DNA of 64,000 bases from Spirochaetota bacterium. GTDB lineage: Bacteria; Spirochaetota; UBA4802; JAFGDQ01. The notes below the pieces were generated by a model, which saw nothing but the letters and a program-made list of their open reading frames with translations, was not told the DNA's origin and ran no database searches. The DNA lies in NCBI GenBank assembly GCA_043803405.1, contig JAZDKB010000019.1, positions 192,001-256,000 of the forward strand, in the 5' to 3' direction. Each line of letters begins with the position of its first letter. Position 1 is the first letter of the stretch. This document shows positions 30,365 through 42,318 of the stretch, piece by piece. A program made the translations under genes and the position numbers.

Positions 30365-31639
30365 ATGCTTTATGAATCTGTAATATTTATTGGATCAGTT
30401 ATTGCGAGATTTATAGCTTTATTCGATAAAAAAATGGCCAGGTTTTTTTCGTTAAGGGAGAAAGAAACCGAAAGAATAGCGGATTATTTCAGCAGTTATC
30501 AAAATCAAAAAAATAAAGTAATATGGTTCCATGCTTCGTCTGCAGGCGAACTGGAGCAGGCAAAGCCGCTGATCGAACATTTTAAACGCACAATTAAGAA
30601 AGCACAGATTATCGCAAGTTTCTTTTCCCCTTCCGGATATGATGCAGGGCTTAAATATAAACAGATTGATTTTTGTTTTAATCTGCCATTGGACTATACG
30701 AAAAATGCTGAAGCTTTACTGAACTGCATAAATCCGGAAATCATTATATTTTCCAAATACGATGTCTGGACAAACCTGACTGTGGAAGCCAGGAGGCGCA
30801 ATGTGAAGCTCGCGTTGATAAGCGCCACTTTGCCGGAAAAATCGCTAAGGCATAAGTTCCCGTTGAGTAGTTTTTTCAGTAAAGCCTACAGCGCTTTAGA
30901 CAGAATATACGCTATATCCAAAGCAGACGCAGACAGGTTTTCAAAGATTGCTAAAAATAAACATAGCATTAAAATATCAGGGGATACCAGGTTCGACAGG
31001 ATAAAGACCGTAATTGATAATGCGCAGGTAAATACAAAAAGCATAATAAAAAAACAGAAAGATATTGATTACCTGGTGGCAGGCAGTACTTACGAAGTAT
31101 GCGAGAAAAAACTGATCGGCGTTTTAAAACAGTTAAACGAGAATTATAAAAATATCAGATTAATCCTTGTGCCGCACGAGATCGATGCCGGAAATATCCT
31201 GAGACTGAATAAACTGGTCAGCTCCTATGGCTATAATCCGGTAATGTATAGCAAAGCTGTTCATCCGGTGTTACTTAATGACAACGATGTTTTAATTATT
31301 GACGCTTTCGGAGTACTGGCTTTTCTTTACAGGGAGGCGGATATTGTATTTGTAGGCGGTTCGTATAAAGGCAGCGTCCACAGCGTTCTTGAGCCTGCTA
31401 TATTCGGAAAAACAATTTTAACCGGGCCTTACATACAAAACTCCTATGAAGCTTTGGAGTTGAACCTGGCCGGCGGGCTTCTGGTATGTAAAGATCAGGA
31501 TGAATTATTTAAGCAGACATCTGATTTAATTCGTGATAAAAGTTACAGGAATAAAATAGCGCAAAAAGCAAAAATATTTTTTGAAAAAAATACTGGTGCA
31601 ACTAATATTATACTAAAGGATATCAGAAAATTATTATAA
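30365..31639 (+). CDS. waaA: 3-deoxy-D-manno-octulosonic acid transferase
   Basis: IWFHASSAGE, GDTRFD, LVPHE, FVGGS..HSVLEPA. Confidence 0.9.
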   Translation: MLYESVIFIGSVIARFIALFDKKMARFFSLREKETERIADYFSSYQNQKNKVIWFHASSAGELEQAKPLIEHFKRTIKKAQIIASFFSPSGYDAGLKYKQIDFCFNLPLDYTKNAEALLNCINPEIIIFSKYDVWTNLTVEARRRNVKLALISATLPEKSLRHKFPLSSFFSKAYSALDRIYAISKADADRFSKIAKNKHSIKISGDTRFDRIKTVIDNAQVNTKSIIKKQKDIDYLVAGSTYEVCEKKLIGVLKQLNENYKNIRLILVPHEIDAGNILRLNKLVSSYGYNPVMYSKAVHPVLLNDNDVLIIDAFGVLAFLYREADIVFVGGSYKGSVHSVLEPAIFGKTILTGPYIQNSYEALELNLAGGLLVCKDQDELFKQTSDLIRDKSYRNKIAQKAKIFFEKNTGATNIILKDIRKLL

Positions 31640-31716
31640 ATTAGCACTCATCTTAAAATTACAAATATAAATAGCTGAGTTGTAATAATATATTAAAATC
31701 TATGGGGAAATCGGTA

Positions 31717-32457
31717 ATGCCTCAATTTTTTATAAAATCATCAAATCTTATTGAAAATAAATGTTTAATAGAAGGCGAGGACTTCCGCCATTTGCGCAAA
31801 GTCAGAAGAGTGAAGCCGGGAGATTTGATAGATCTAAGAATCGACAACGGCCTGATTTGCAAAGGCAAAATTTGCACGGTTAATGCCGACTCTTTAACAG
31901 TTGAGATTTTGGAAACTAAAGAAGGCAACAGTGCCGGGCCTGATTTAAATTTAATACTTTATGCAAGTATATTAAAAGGCAAGGCTTTCGATTTTGCATT
32001 GCAGAAAGCAGTTGAGACAGGAGTCAGCAAAATTATCCCTGTGGTGACTGAGCGGACAATACCTGTTATAGAGAGAAACAGTAGCAGAAAAGCGCGGTGG
32101 GAAAAGATAGCCTCGGCTGCAGCCAAGCAATGTATGCGAAAGGATATCCCTGTTGTAGCAGACGTTATTACTTTCAGCGAAGCTGTGTCGAAAGACAGGT
32201 CTGGTACTAAAATTATCGCGCATCCTGAGCAGCGAAGTATCGATATTAAACAATATTTTACTCAAAAAGAAAAAACAAAGGATGTTTCCTTGCTGATAGG
32301 CCCCGAAGGAGGTTTTACGGATAAGGAGGTTGATCTGGCAGAAGAAAACGGATGGAACAGCGTTATTTTCGGCTTTACATCGCTCAGGGCCGAAACAGCT
32401 TCAATAGTGTTTCCCGCAATTGTTATATATGAATGGAGCAGCGCAGGTGGACATTAA
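31717..32457 (+). CDS. rsmE: 16S rRNA m3U1498 methyltransferase
   Basis: HL.KV.R, QKAVE.GV, AAKQC.R, IGPEGGF, LRAETA. Confidence 0.92.
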   Translation: MPQFFIKSSNLIENKCLIEGEDFRHLRKVRRVKPGDLIDLRIDNGLICKGKICTVNADSLTVEILETKEGNSAGPDLNLILYASILKGKAFDFALQKAVETGVSKIIPVVTERTIPVIERNSSRKARWEKIASAAAKQCMRKDIPVVADVITFSEAVSKDRSGTKIIAHPEQRSIDIKQYFTQKEKTKDVSLLIGPEGGFTDKEVDLAEENGWNSVIFGFTSLRAETASIVFPAIVIYEWSSAGGH

Positions 32458-32650
32458 AGTTAACGGCAGAAATATATATATACAATCTGAGACCCTATCG
32501 ATTAATTACCTTTTAAGGCATTTAAAAATAAAGTCAGCAATGGTTGTAATCGAAAAGAACGGTGTTTTAATCGATAAGGATAATTATGATACTGAACATG
32601 TAACCGACGGCGACGTTGTTGAAATAGTACAGTTCGTAGGCGGAGGATAA
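32447..32650 (+). CDS. thiS: Sulfur carrier protein ThiS
   Basis: IKVNG, VVIEKNG, C-terminal VQFVGGG; next to thiE; GTG start. Confidence 0.88.
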   Translation: MDIKVNGRNIYIQSETLSINYLLRHLKIKSAMVVIEKNGVLIDKDNYDTEHVTDGDVVEIVQFVGGG

Positions 32651-32657
32651 AGCATAA

Positions 32658-33704
32658 ATGGACTCAAGGATATATGCGGCAATAGATGCGAACATAAACA
32701 GATCGCTCGAAGGAATAAGAGTATGCGAAGACATATTCCGATTTGTCGCGCGTAATAAAGTATTATCAGTTAAGCTGAAGGATATCCGGCACAATATAGC
32801 AGATGCAATAAAAGCATTTTCATATAAAGGCCTCCTGAGTAGCAGGGACGTAGATAACGATTCCCAGAAGTTTGTTGATTTAGACAGCGAAAAGAAAAGA
32901 GACAATCTTCAGGATATACTGAAAAGTAATTTGCACAGGGCAATGGAAGCGATGAGATCCGTCGAGGAGTTCTATAAGCTGCTGCACGCAAAATCAGATG
33001 AAAATCCTTTTCAGAAAATCAGGTTTTCTCTTTATTCGATTGAAAAAGAATTAATCTCTTGTTTAATAAGAAACGGAAAACATAAAAAATTTAAAAATTC
33101 GTTATATGCTATTCTTGATTCTTCTTTTGTAAAGAATGAAGAATATTTAAACGCAGCTCAAAGACTTATCAAAGGCGGAGCATCAATAATACAGCTTCGA
33201 ATGAAAAATCATTCGCAAGGAAAAATACTGGAAGTTGCAAAAGAAATATCCGGTCTTTGCAAAGAAAACAATGTATTGCTTATTATTAATGACTATCCGG
33301 ACATTGCATATCTATCCGGTGCGGACGGTGTGCATCTTGGGCAGGATGACCTGCCGGTTATAGAGGTAAGGCGTCTTTTCCCAATGGATATGATTATCGG
33401 GATCTCGACCCATTCCAGAGAGCAGGCTGTTGTTGCCGCAAGGTGCGAACCGGATTACATTGCCATCGGGCCGGTGTATAACACAAAGACTAAAAATAAT
33501 CAAAATATTAACGGGATAGGGGAGGATGTTGTCAGGGAAGTTTCAGGAGGCACTGATATTCCTGTCGTTGCTATCGGCGGCCTTAACCCGGAAAGGATCG
33601 GTATATTGAAAACGCTCAGATGCGGATGTTATGCAGTTGTTTCGTATTTGTATAAAGATGATAAAATTGAAGATAATTGCAGGGGAATAACGGGGATACT
33701 TTAA
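32658..33704 (+). CDS. thiE: Thiamine phosphate synthase, long form with N-terminal helical domain
   Basis: DANINR..EG.RV.ED N-domain; QLRMK, IIND, GVHLGQDD, STH, GPVY.T.TK, AIGG. Confidence 0.92.
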   Translation: MDSRIYAAIDANINRSLEGIRVCEDIFRFVARNKVLSVKLKDIRHNIADAIKAFSYKGLLSSRDVDNDSQKFVDLDSEKKRDNLQDILKSNLHRAMEAMRSVEEFYKLLHAKSDENPFQKIRFSLYSIEKELISCLIRNGKHKKFKNSLYAILDSSFVKNEEYLNAAQRLIKGGASIIQLRMKNHSQGKILEVAKEISGLCKENNVLLIINDYPDIAYLSGADGVHLGQDDLPVIEVRRLFPMDMIIGISTHSREQAVVAARCEPDYIAIGPVYNTKTKNNQNINGIGEDVVREVSGGTDIPVVAIGGLNPERIGILKTLRCGCYAVVSYLYKDDKIEDNCRGITGIL

Positions 33705-33820
33705 GCGGTATTTTTTTATTGACAGAAGGATTTAAATTATAACTACTTTTTGTAAATTAAAGCATTTATTGTAACATGCGTTTTAAATATGAAAGATATA
33801 TTTGTTAAATAGGATAAATT

Positions 33821-34531
33821 ATGACACTTGTCTGGATACCGAATTCATTAACTCTGGGGAATCTGCTTTTTGGATTTATCTCGCTTATATTTTCAAGTCT
33901 GGGCACTCAACAGGGATATTTCATAGCCGGTTTTTTAATTCTTGCTGCAGGTCTTTTAGACGGGCTTGACGGCCCGGCCGCCAGAGCGCTGAAAGTCTCA
34001 AGCCCGCTGGGCAAAGAGCTCGACTCCCTGGCGGATTGTGTTGCATTCGGCATAGCCCCGGGTTTTTTAAGTTATAATTCATATCTTACCGGAATCCATA
34101 ATTCTTTCTTTAGCTTTCCGATAGATTTAGGTATGCTTATAGCCGCAGTATTTCCGGTTTGCGCTGCTTACAGGCTCGCAAGGTTTAATATATTATCCGA
34201 TTCAAGTTCATTTGTAGGTCTTCCGGCACCTGCAGCAGGAATAATTATAGCGCTTTTCCATGTATATAATATCGAGATGCCCAAATTGTTGTTTGCCGTG
34301 ATTTTTATCGCATTAGGGCTATTGATGGTATCCACTGTCAGGTATTCCAAGCCGAAATCCTCATATATATTTGAGAATATTCACGGCATTAAATTAATAA
34401 TATTTGCCGTCATCATCATTCTTATTGTTATCTTCTTTAAAAAATGGACTGTTTTTATTTTTATATCTTTTTATATACTATCCGGCCTTTTAAGTTTTGT
34501 TATCCAGTTTATCCAGGAACATAAATACTGA
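33821..34531 (+). CDS. pssA: CDP-diacylglycerol--serine O-phosphatidyltransferase
   Basis: PNSLTLGN, DGLDG..AR, G.ELDSLAD..FG.AP, RLARFN, FVGLP. Confidence 0.88.
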   Translation: MTLVWIPNSLTLGNLLFGFISLIFSSLGTQQGYFIAGFLILAAGLLDGLDGPAARALKVSSPLGKELDSLADCVAFGIAPGFLSYNSYLTGIHNSFFSFPIDLGMLIAAVFPVCAAYRLARFNILSDSSSFVGLPAPAAGIIIALFHVYNIEMPKLLFAVIFIALGLLMVSTVRYSKPKSSYIFENIHGIKLIIFAVIIILIVIFFKKWTVFIFISFYILSGLLSFVIQFIQEHKY

Positions 34532-34578
34532 TTTAATAACTTTTAAAATATTTACTGCGTATCGTTTAAAATAAACCC

Positions 34579-35052
34579 ATGAATAAATTTTCGCATTACT
34601 CAGATGACGGATCGTCCAGAATGGTCGATATAAGCGGCAAAAAAGTTACGCTTAGAACAGCGAAGGCCTCCGCTTTTGTTAAAATGCAGCCGGCCACCCT
34701 GGACTTAATAGAAAACAAACTGATTCCCAAAGGCAATGTTTTTGAAGTAGCAAAAATTGCCGGTATAATAGCCGCAAAGAAAACTTCTGAACTCATTCCG
34801 ATGTGCCATCCGCTATTGCTTTCGCATGTTGATGTAAAAATCTCTCTGGATAGAAAAAAAGAAGGGGTGATGTTGGAATCTGAAATAAAACTGGAAGGTA
34901 AAACAGGAGTCGAAATGGAAGCGTTAACAGCGGTCTCGGTTGCCGCATTAACAATTTATGATATGTGTAAAGCAGTAGATAAAAATATGGTAATAGAAAA
35001 TATTAAACTTATTGAAAAAAAAGGAGGAAAATCTGATTTTATAATTAAGTAA
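34579..35052 (+). CDS. moaC: Cyclic pyranopterin monophosphate synthase
   Basis: MVDIS.K, LIPMCHP, TGVEMEAL, YDMCKA, K.GGKS. Confidence 0.95.
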   Translation: MNKFSHYSDDGSSRMVDISGKKVTLRTAKASAFVKMQPATLDLIENKLIPKGNVFEVAKIAGIIAAKKTSELIPMCHPLLLSHVDVKISLDRKKEGVMLESEIKLEGKTGVEMEALTAVSVAALTIYDMCKAVDKNMVIENIKLIEKKGGKSDFIIK

Positions 35053-35161
35053 CCGCAAAAATTACAAAAATAAAAAAATTTTATTGTTGTAATTTTTAAT
35101 CATATTTGATAATAAACGCCCATAATTTAATAATATTATTTATAAACAGCTTCTATCGAAT

Positions 35162-35190
35162 TTGCGAAATTATAATATATAATATAAAAT
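35162..35190 (+). promoter_or_regulatory. Putative sigma70 promoter for groES-groEL
   Basis: TTGCGA-17 nt-TAAAAT immediately upstream of the CIRCE. Confidence 0.45.
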
Positions 35191-35196
35191 TAATTG

Positions 35197-35222
35197 TTAG
35201 CACTCAACAAGATGAGTGCTAA
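35197..35222 (+). promoter_or_regulatory. CIRCE (HrcA operator)
   Basis: TTAGCACTC-aacaagat-GAGTGCTAA upstream of groES; arms are perfect, spacer is 8 nt. Confidence 0.85.
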
Positions 35223-35444
35223 CAAAACTAATCGCAATGCTTCTCAAATATTTAATATAAAGTTAAATCTTACAAATTAGCTGGTTATTCCTGCTTACAG
35301 CTAGGATAACTGCAAGTCACCTGCTATATATTGAGAAGTTACGAAAAACTTTTGTTTAAAATAAAACTAATTAAAATATTTTATATTACTTAAACAAAGT
35401 AAAATAATATAAAAATTACAAAATAAAAATTAAGGAGGACCAAC

Positions 35445-35729
35445 GTGGCTATTAAACCATTAGGTGATCGTGTATTAATTGAGGTTCTTGAAGACGAACT
35501 TCAGAAACAAGGTGGCCTGTATATACCCGATACAGCGAAGGAAAAGCCCCAGGAAGGCAAAGTAAAAGCTATTGGAAAAGGCAGATATGAAGACGGTAAA
35601 CTTGTTCCATTAGATGTGAAGGTTGGAGACAAAGTTCTTTATGGAAAATACTCCGGTACTGAAATAAAACATGATGGCAAAGAGTATTTAATCGTCAGAG
35701 AAAGCGATATATTAGCAGTAATTGACTAA
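35445..35729 (+). CDS. groES: Co-chaperonin GroES
   Basis: [46 protein letters not shown]. Confidence 0.97.
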   Translation: MAIKPLGDRVLIEVLEDELQKQGGLYIPDTAKEKPQEGKVKAIGKGRYEDGKLVPLDVKVGDKVLYGKYSGTEIKHDGKEYLIVRESDILAVID

Positions 35730-35735
35730 AAATAA

Positions 35736-37394
<1,659 letters not shown>

Positions 37395-37430
37395 ATAGCC
37401 GTGATATAAAGAATTAAAAATTCGAAATTA

Positions 37431-37466
37431 AATAAAAAAGGGGCATTTAAGTGCCCCTTTTTTATT
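37431..37466. terminator. Bidirectional rho-independent terminator
   Basis: A-tract GGGGCAT-ttaa-GTGCCCC T-tract between convergent genes. Confidence 0.8.
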
Positions 37467-37483
37467 TGTATTAAAATGATAAA

Positions 37484-38443
37484 TTAAATATTAATCGTTT
37501 CCCTGATTTTATATGGAGCCTCGTTCCTTGTTTCATGATATACTCTCGTTAGCAATTCCGCAAGAATCCCCAGTAAAAAGAACATCACGCTCAGGATAAT
37601 GAGCATTACAGTTAACAGCAAAAGAGGATTGCGTATCATTGACTGATCCTGCGCTATTTTCATTGCAATTACACTGACCCCGCTTATGCTGCTTGAAAAG
37701 AGCAGAAAAATTCCTATGCCCCCGAAAAAATAAATCGGTTTAGTGGAATACGATCCCAGAAATTTTATAGTTATCAAATCCAAAAGGACTTTAAATGTCC
37801 TGATTAAACCATATTTTGACTTTCCGAATTTCCTGGCATGATGTTTTACCGGGATTTCCGTAATCTTGGCTCCTAACCACGATGCGTGGACGGGAATGAA
37901 TCTGTGCATTTCTCCGTAAAGTTTTACCTGTCGGAGCAGGTCCCCTCTGTATGCCTGTGAAGACCCGATATCGTGTATATGCACTTTGCTGACCCTTGAG
38001 ATTATCCAGTTTGCTATTTTTGAAACAAGTTTACGGGAAAATAATTTATCTTGTCTGTCTTTTCTCCAACCGCTTACAACATCATATCCTTCTTCTATTT
38101 TATTTGTCAGTTTTTTTATATCCTCAGCGTCGTTCTGGAGGTCGGAGTCCATAATTATTATTATCTGACCGCATGAGTTATCTATTCCGGCTGCAAGGGC
38201 GGCGGTTTGGCCGAAATTTCTTCTGAATCTGATTATTTTAACATTTTTATTTTTTTTGGCAATTTTACTCAGGAGATCAAATGATGTGTCAGTACTGCCG
38301 TCATCAACAAAGATTATTTCATAAGTCTTTTTTAGCGGCACTATCGATTTTAATATATCCTCATATTGCAATGAAATATTTTCTTCTTCATTGAAAACTG
38401 GCAGTACAATGGAAAGATACGTATTTTTATTTTTTTTTCTCAT
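37484..38443 (-). CDS. Glycosyltransferase family 2 (ArnC/GtrB-like)
   Basis: PVFNEEENI, VDDGSTD, RNFGQTAA, MDSDLQND, LYGEMHRFIP, two C-terminal TMs. Confidence 0.9.
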   Translation of the reverse strand: MRKKNKNTYLSIVLPVFNEEENISLQYEDILKSIVPLKKTYEIIFVDDGSTDTSFDLLSKIAKKNKNVKIIRFRRNFGQTAALAAGIDNSCGQIIIIMDSDLQNDAEDIKKLTNKIEEGYDVVSGWRKDRQDKLFSRKLVSKIANWIISRVSKVHIHDIGSSQAYRGDLLRQVKLYGEMHRFIPVHASWLGAKITEIPVKHHARKFGKSKYGLIRTFKVLLDLITIKFLGSYSTKPIYFFGGIGIFLLFSSSISGVSVIAMKIAQDQSMIRNPLLLLTVMLIILSVMFFLLGILAELLTRVYHETRNEAPYKIRETINI

Positions 38444-38539
38444 ATTTACTTTGCTGATGGTTTAATTTTTAATAAACTATAAAATTTATAATAATTTAAA
38501 ACTATTTGCTCCCGAGAACAATCGTGGAAAATATTATCT

Positions 38540-40522
38540 TTATTTAGCTTCAGTCATTTTAATATAATCATAAGTAACATTAAAAGCTTCCTTTAAAAAC
38601 AGGTCATGTTCTATGTCAATTAATTTGCTGTCGGTACGCGAATGTTTTTCTTTTTTTTCAATATCTTTTAATTCCTGATTCTCAATTTTTGCCTGTTCCT
38701 TAAGGCTTATTGTTTTTTCTTTTCTTTTGGCCAGGAGATTTTTTATCTTTTTCCCCAATTCAATAAATTCTTTGCTTGAATCAATTCTTTTGGAAGATAA
38801 TCTTTTTAAAGCAGCAATTACATTATTAGTTAAATATTTGTCATAGGGTAAATATTGCGCTTTTTCAATTTTTTCCCATTTCAATGCATTGCGCAGCTTG
38901 CTTTCGCCAATATCCCATATGGAACTCATATCCGGAACCAGGATGTCGGGCTCAATGCCGTTTAACTGATTTGATGAACCGCCCGGTTGATAAAAAAGAG
39001 CTGTAGTAATTTTCATAGCTCCGTTTTTTCCAGGCAAAGCATTATAAGTCTGTACCGAGCCTTTTCCGAATGTGCTTGCAGGCCCGATTACTATGCCTCT
39101 TTTGTAATCTTTAATTGCGCCCGCAAAAATTTCTGAAGCGCTGGCGCTGAATTTATCAATAAGAATTACGATCGGCCCATTATAATATACCCCCGGGTCT
39201 TTGTCTTCCATAACTTCAGCATTATTTTTTCCTATTAATATTTGCACTATTGGGCCTTCGTTAATAAACATTCCGGCGATATTAACAGCTTCATTGAGGG
39301 CGCCGCCGGGATTTCCCCGCAAATCGATTACCATGCCCTGTATGCCTTTGCTTTTTAATTTATTGATCTGAACCTTCATATCATTCGAGGATTTTTTTGC
39401 GTTAGGATCGTTACTGTTTACTGCATCGAAATCCATATAAAAAGAAGGGAGCTGAATATAGCCTATTTTTACTTCTGATTTGTCCTTAACTATCGGGTAT
39501 ATGTCCGATTTAGCGGCTTTATCTTCAAGAGTTATTTCTTCCCTGGTAATGGGAATCAGCAGCCGCTGCTGCTTGTTTTGTTCGCTTATCTGTCTTAATA
39601 TTGTTAGCTTTACAATTGTACTTTTTTTTCCTCTGATAAGGTTGACGACATCTCTTAACGCCATATCCGTTACGTCAACCGGCTCATCATTTGCCTGGGC
39701 AACGCCGACTATTTTATCGTCCGGCTTCAGTTGCAGTTCTTTAGGAAGTTTTGAAGCCGGCCCGTTCGGAATTATGCTCTCAACAGTGATGAAGCCGTCC
39801 TCGGAACGAAGCAGAACCCCGATTCCTTCCAGCTTCAAATTCGTTGATATCTGGAAGTCCTCATGTTCTTCCTGGGTTAAATAATTTGTATGCGGATCAA
39901 GTGCTGTCGTAAAAGAATTAAGGAAAATAGCCAGCATTCTTTCATTATTAATTTCGTCTATACGTTTTTGAGATATCTGGTACTTCTTTTTCAGTTTTTC
40001 CTTTGCTGCTTTAATATCTTTTTCCGAAGAGAGCTGGTTTAAAAGCTGCAGTTTGATATTTTTTCTCCATCTCTCTTTCATCTCTTCTTTGGTTTTGGAG
40101 TAATCGATTTTTTCGCTGTCAATAATTATGCTTTCATCTTTGTCGAAGTCATAATTTATTTTGATAAGTTCATTGAAAATTGTTAAGTTTTCACGGAATC
40201 TTGTTTTATATGTTTCTTGGATCTGGAAAATAAATGAAAAGTCATTTGCATTTACATAATCGTCGATATCATTCTTATGTTTCATGAATGCGTCGATATC
40301 GCTTTTATAAAAATAATTTTTTCCCGGATCAAGGTAATTTATTAAATTATTCAGTGTTTTTTCTGATATTTCATCGGTAAATTGATTATTCATAATATGT
40401 CTTGACAGGAAAATGCTTATTAGAGGTTCAATTTCATCCTGTTTAAGGCCGTTGGTCTTTTTAGTGCAGCCAAAAAGCACTAATGTTATTATTATAAACG
40501 TAACTAATCTTTTATGTCGCAT
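38540..40522 (-). CDS. prc: Carboxy-terminal processing (tail-specific) protease, S41, lipoprotein
   Basis: DPHTNY, GIGV, PDZ, DLRGNPGG, SASASEI, TFGKGSVQ; lipobox LFGC. Confidence 0.9.
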   Translation of the reverse strand: MRHKRLVTFIIITLVLFGCTKKTNGLKQDEIEPLISIFLSRHIMNNQFTDEISEKTLNNLINYLDPGKNYFYKSDIDAFMKHKNDIDDYVNANDFSFIFQIQETYKTRFRENLTIFNELIKINYDFDKDESIIIDSEKIDYSKTKEEMKERWRKNIKLQLLNQLSSEKDIKAAKEKLKKKYQISQKRIDEINNERMLAIFLNSFTTALDPHTNYLTQEEHEDFQISTNLKLEGIGVLLRSEDGFITVESIIPNGPASKLPKELQLKPDDKIVGVAQANDEPVDVTDMALRDVVNLIRGKKSTIVKLTILRQISEQNKQQRLLIPITREEITLEDKAAKSDIYPIVKDKSEVKIGYIQLPSFYMDFDAVNSNDPNAKKSSNDMKVQINKLKSKGIQGMVIDLRGNPGGALNEAVNIAGMFINEGPIVQILIGKNNAEVMEDKDPGVYYNGPIVILIDKFSASASEIFAGAIKDYKRGIVIGPASTFGKGSVQTYNALPGKNGAMKITTALFYQPGGSSNQLNGIEPDILVPDMSSIWDIGESKLRNALKWEKIEKAQYLPYDKYLTNNVIAALKRLSSKRIDSSKEFIELGKKIKNLLAKRKEKTISLKEQAKIENQELKDIEKKEKHSRTDSKLIDIEHDLFLKEAFNVTYDYIKMTEAK

Positions 40523-40705
40523 TGATTACAGTAACTCCTGTTCAGGTTATAATGAAATTCAATGTAAAATGGAATAGAGTACAAATTTTTGCCGATTAGT
40601 CAATCGATTATTTATTAAAGAAAAATTTATTTGACCAAATACTTTAATATTAAAAGATAGAGATATATAATATCGTTTTTAATAAATAATATTCAGGTAT
40701 TTTTT

Positions 40706-41221
40706 ATGCGTTTAAAAACTGCATTTGGTTTTGCAATAAGATTAAATTTTATATTATTTTGTTTTATTATATCGTGCAATACTTATCCGGAGATAAGTAT
40801 TAATAAGAAAAATTTTCCGGCAAAGATTGTTAAGAAAGAAAAAAGCGGTAATCCTGACGGAATATTAAAATATTATAAAGCGTCAGCAGAAAAGAGTTAT
40901 CCGGCTGAGCCGCAAAAATATTACAGGCTTTATCATAAAAGATATTTTACGAAATATTTTTTCTGTACACCGGCGGCGGATATAAATAATTCGGGCGTTG
41001 ATTATGCTTTGAAGGGAATGTATCCGGAAGCAGAAATATTGTTCTGCGAAGTTATTAAAGAAAATTGCGATGATCCGTCAGCATTAAATAATCTCGGTAT
41101 AATTTACGAATTAAGCAATAATATTAAGGCTTTCGATATGTATTCAAAAGCATGTTTGCTTAATCCGGGTAATGAATTTTTCAGATTGAATTATTTAAAT
41201 TATTGCGATAATAATTTGTAA
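40706..41221 (+). CDS. TPR-containing putative lipoprotein
   Basis: Lipobox-like IISC; NNSGV..A, ALNNLGIIYE..A...YSKA...NP. Confidence 0.6.
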   Translation: MRLKTAFGFAIRLNFILFCFIISCNTYPEISINKKNFPAKIVKKEKSGNPDGILKYYKASAEKSYPAEPQKYYRLYHKRYFTKYFFCTPAADINNSGVDYALKGMYPEAEILFCEVIKENCDDPSALNNLGIIYELSNNIKAFDMYSKACLLNPGNEFFRLNYLNYCDNNL

Positions 41222-41294
41222 TTGCCTGATTATTAAATTATAAATAATTTTCTGTATATTTCACAAATCAATTTTGTAAACGGATAACGATAAA

Positions 41295-42290
41295 ATGTTA
41301 ATAGATAGTTTTTCCAGAAAGCTGGATTATTTGCGGGTCTCAATAACCGATAAATGCAATCTGCGATGCAGCTACTGCATGCCGCCCGAAGGGCTTGAGC
41401 TTCTGGAGCATGATGAAGTTCTTAGAAATGAAGAATTCATTTATCTTATAAGGATATTTGCAGACCTCGGCATAAAAAAAGTCCGCTTTACAGGCGGGGA
41501 GCCCCTGGTTCGCAAAGGATTTCTTGATATAGTTGAGGGAACCCGTGAAGCTTCGCCTGATCTTGAACTTTGCTTAACTACAAACGGAGTGCTGCTTGAT
41601 AAAGTAATACCTGATTTGAAAAGATTAAGCGTTAAAAAACTGAACATAAGCCTTGATACTTTATCACAGGATGAATTTAAAAAAATTACCGGAAGAGATT
41701 ATTTTAACAAAGTAATATCAAACATTGAAAATGCAATAAGTATGGATTATTTTGAAGTTAAAATTAATTGCGTACTGCGTGAAGATACATTAAATGAACT
41801 GGATGATTTTCTTGAATATTTTAAAGATAAAAAGGCTATTCTAAGATTTATTGAAAAAATGCCGTTTTCTCTGGATAAAAACAGCAGGCAGGTTTCATTT
41901 AATGATTTAATTGCCGAATTGGGAAAAAGAGGTAAGCTTGAGAGGAACAACAGCCTGGATACGAAAGTTGCGGTTATGTATAATCTTATTTATAAAAGTA
42001 TTTATACTATTAAAATAGGTGTTATACCCCCGATGTCGCATAATTTTTGCGCGAAATGCAACCGCCTCCGGCTGACATGCGACGGCTTTCTGAGAACATG
42101 CCTGCTTGCAAATAATGAGTACGACCTGAAAAGCGTATACAGAATGGATATGGGCGATAAAGCGTTAAAGGATTTTATTTTGCGCGCTGTAAGCGAAAAA
42201 CCGAAAGCTCACAACATGGATTGCAATAGCCCGGACGAAGGATGTTTCTCGCTGGTCTCACGCAGAAGAATGTCCGAAATAGGCGGATAA
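41295..42290 (+). CDS. moaA: GTP 3',8-cyclase
   Basis: YLRVSITDKCNLRCSYCMP, FC..CNRLRLT.DG..CL, C-terminal IGG. Confidence 0.95.
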   Translation: MLIDSFSRKLDYLRVSITDKCNLRCSYCMPPEGLELLEHDEVLRNEEFIYLIRIFADLGIKKVRFTGGEPLVRKGFLDIVEGTREASPDLELCLTTNGVLLDKVIPDLKRLSVKKLNISLDTLSQDEFKKITGRDYFNKVISNIENAISMDYFEVKINCVLREDTLNELDDFLEYFKDKKAILRFIEKMPFSLDKNSRQVSFNDLIAELGKRGKLERNNSLDTKVAVMYNLIYKSIYTIKIGVIPPMSHNFCAKCNRLRLTCDGFLRTCLLANNEYDLKSVYRMDMGDKALKDFILRAVSEKPKAHNMDCNSPDEGCFSLVSRRRMSEIGG

Positions 42291-42318
42291 TTTGCATCAT
42301 TAAAAAGCACGGTTCCTG

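Noticed and set aside
31641..31650. TTAGCACTCA, a CIRCE left arm upstream of rsmE
   Set aside because: No GAGTGCTAA right arm follows
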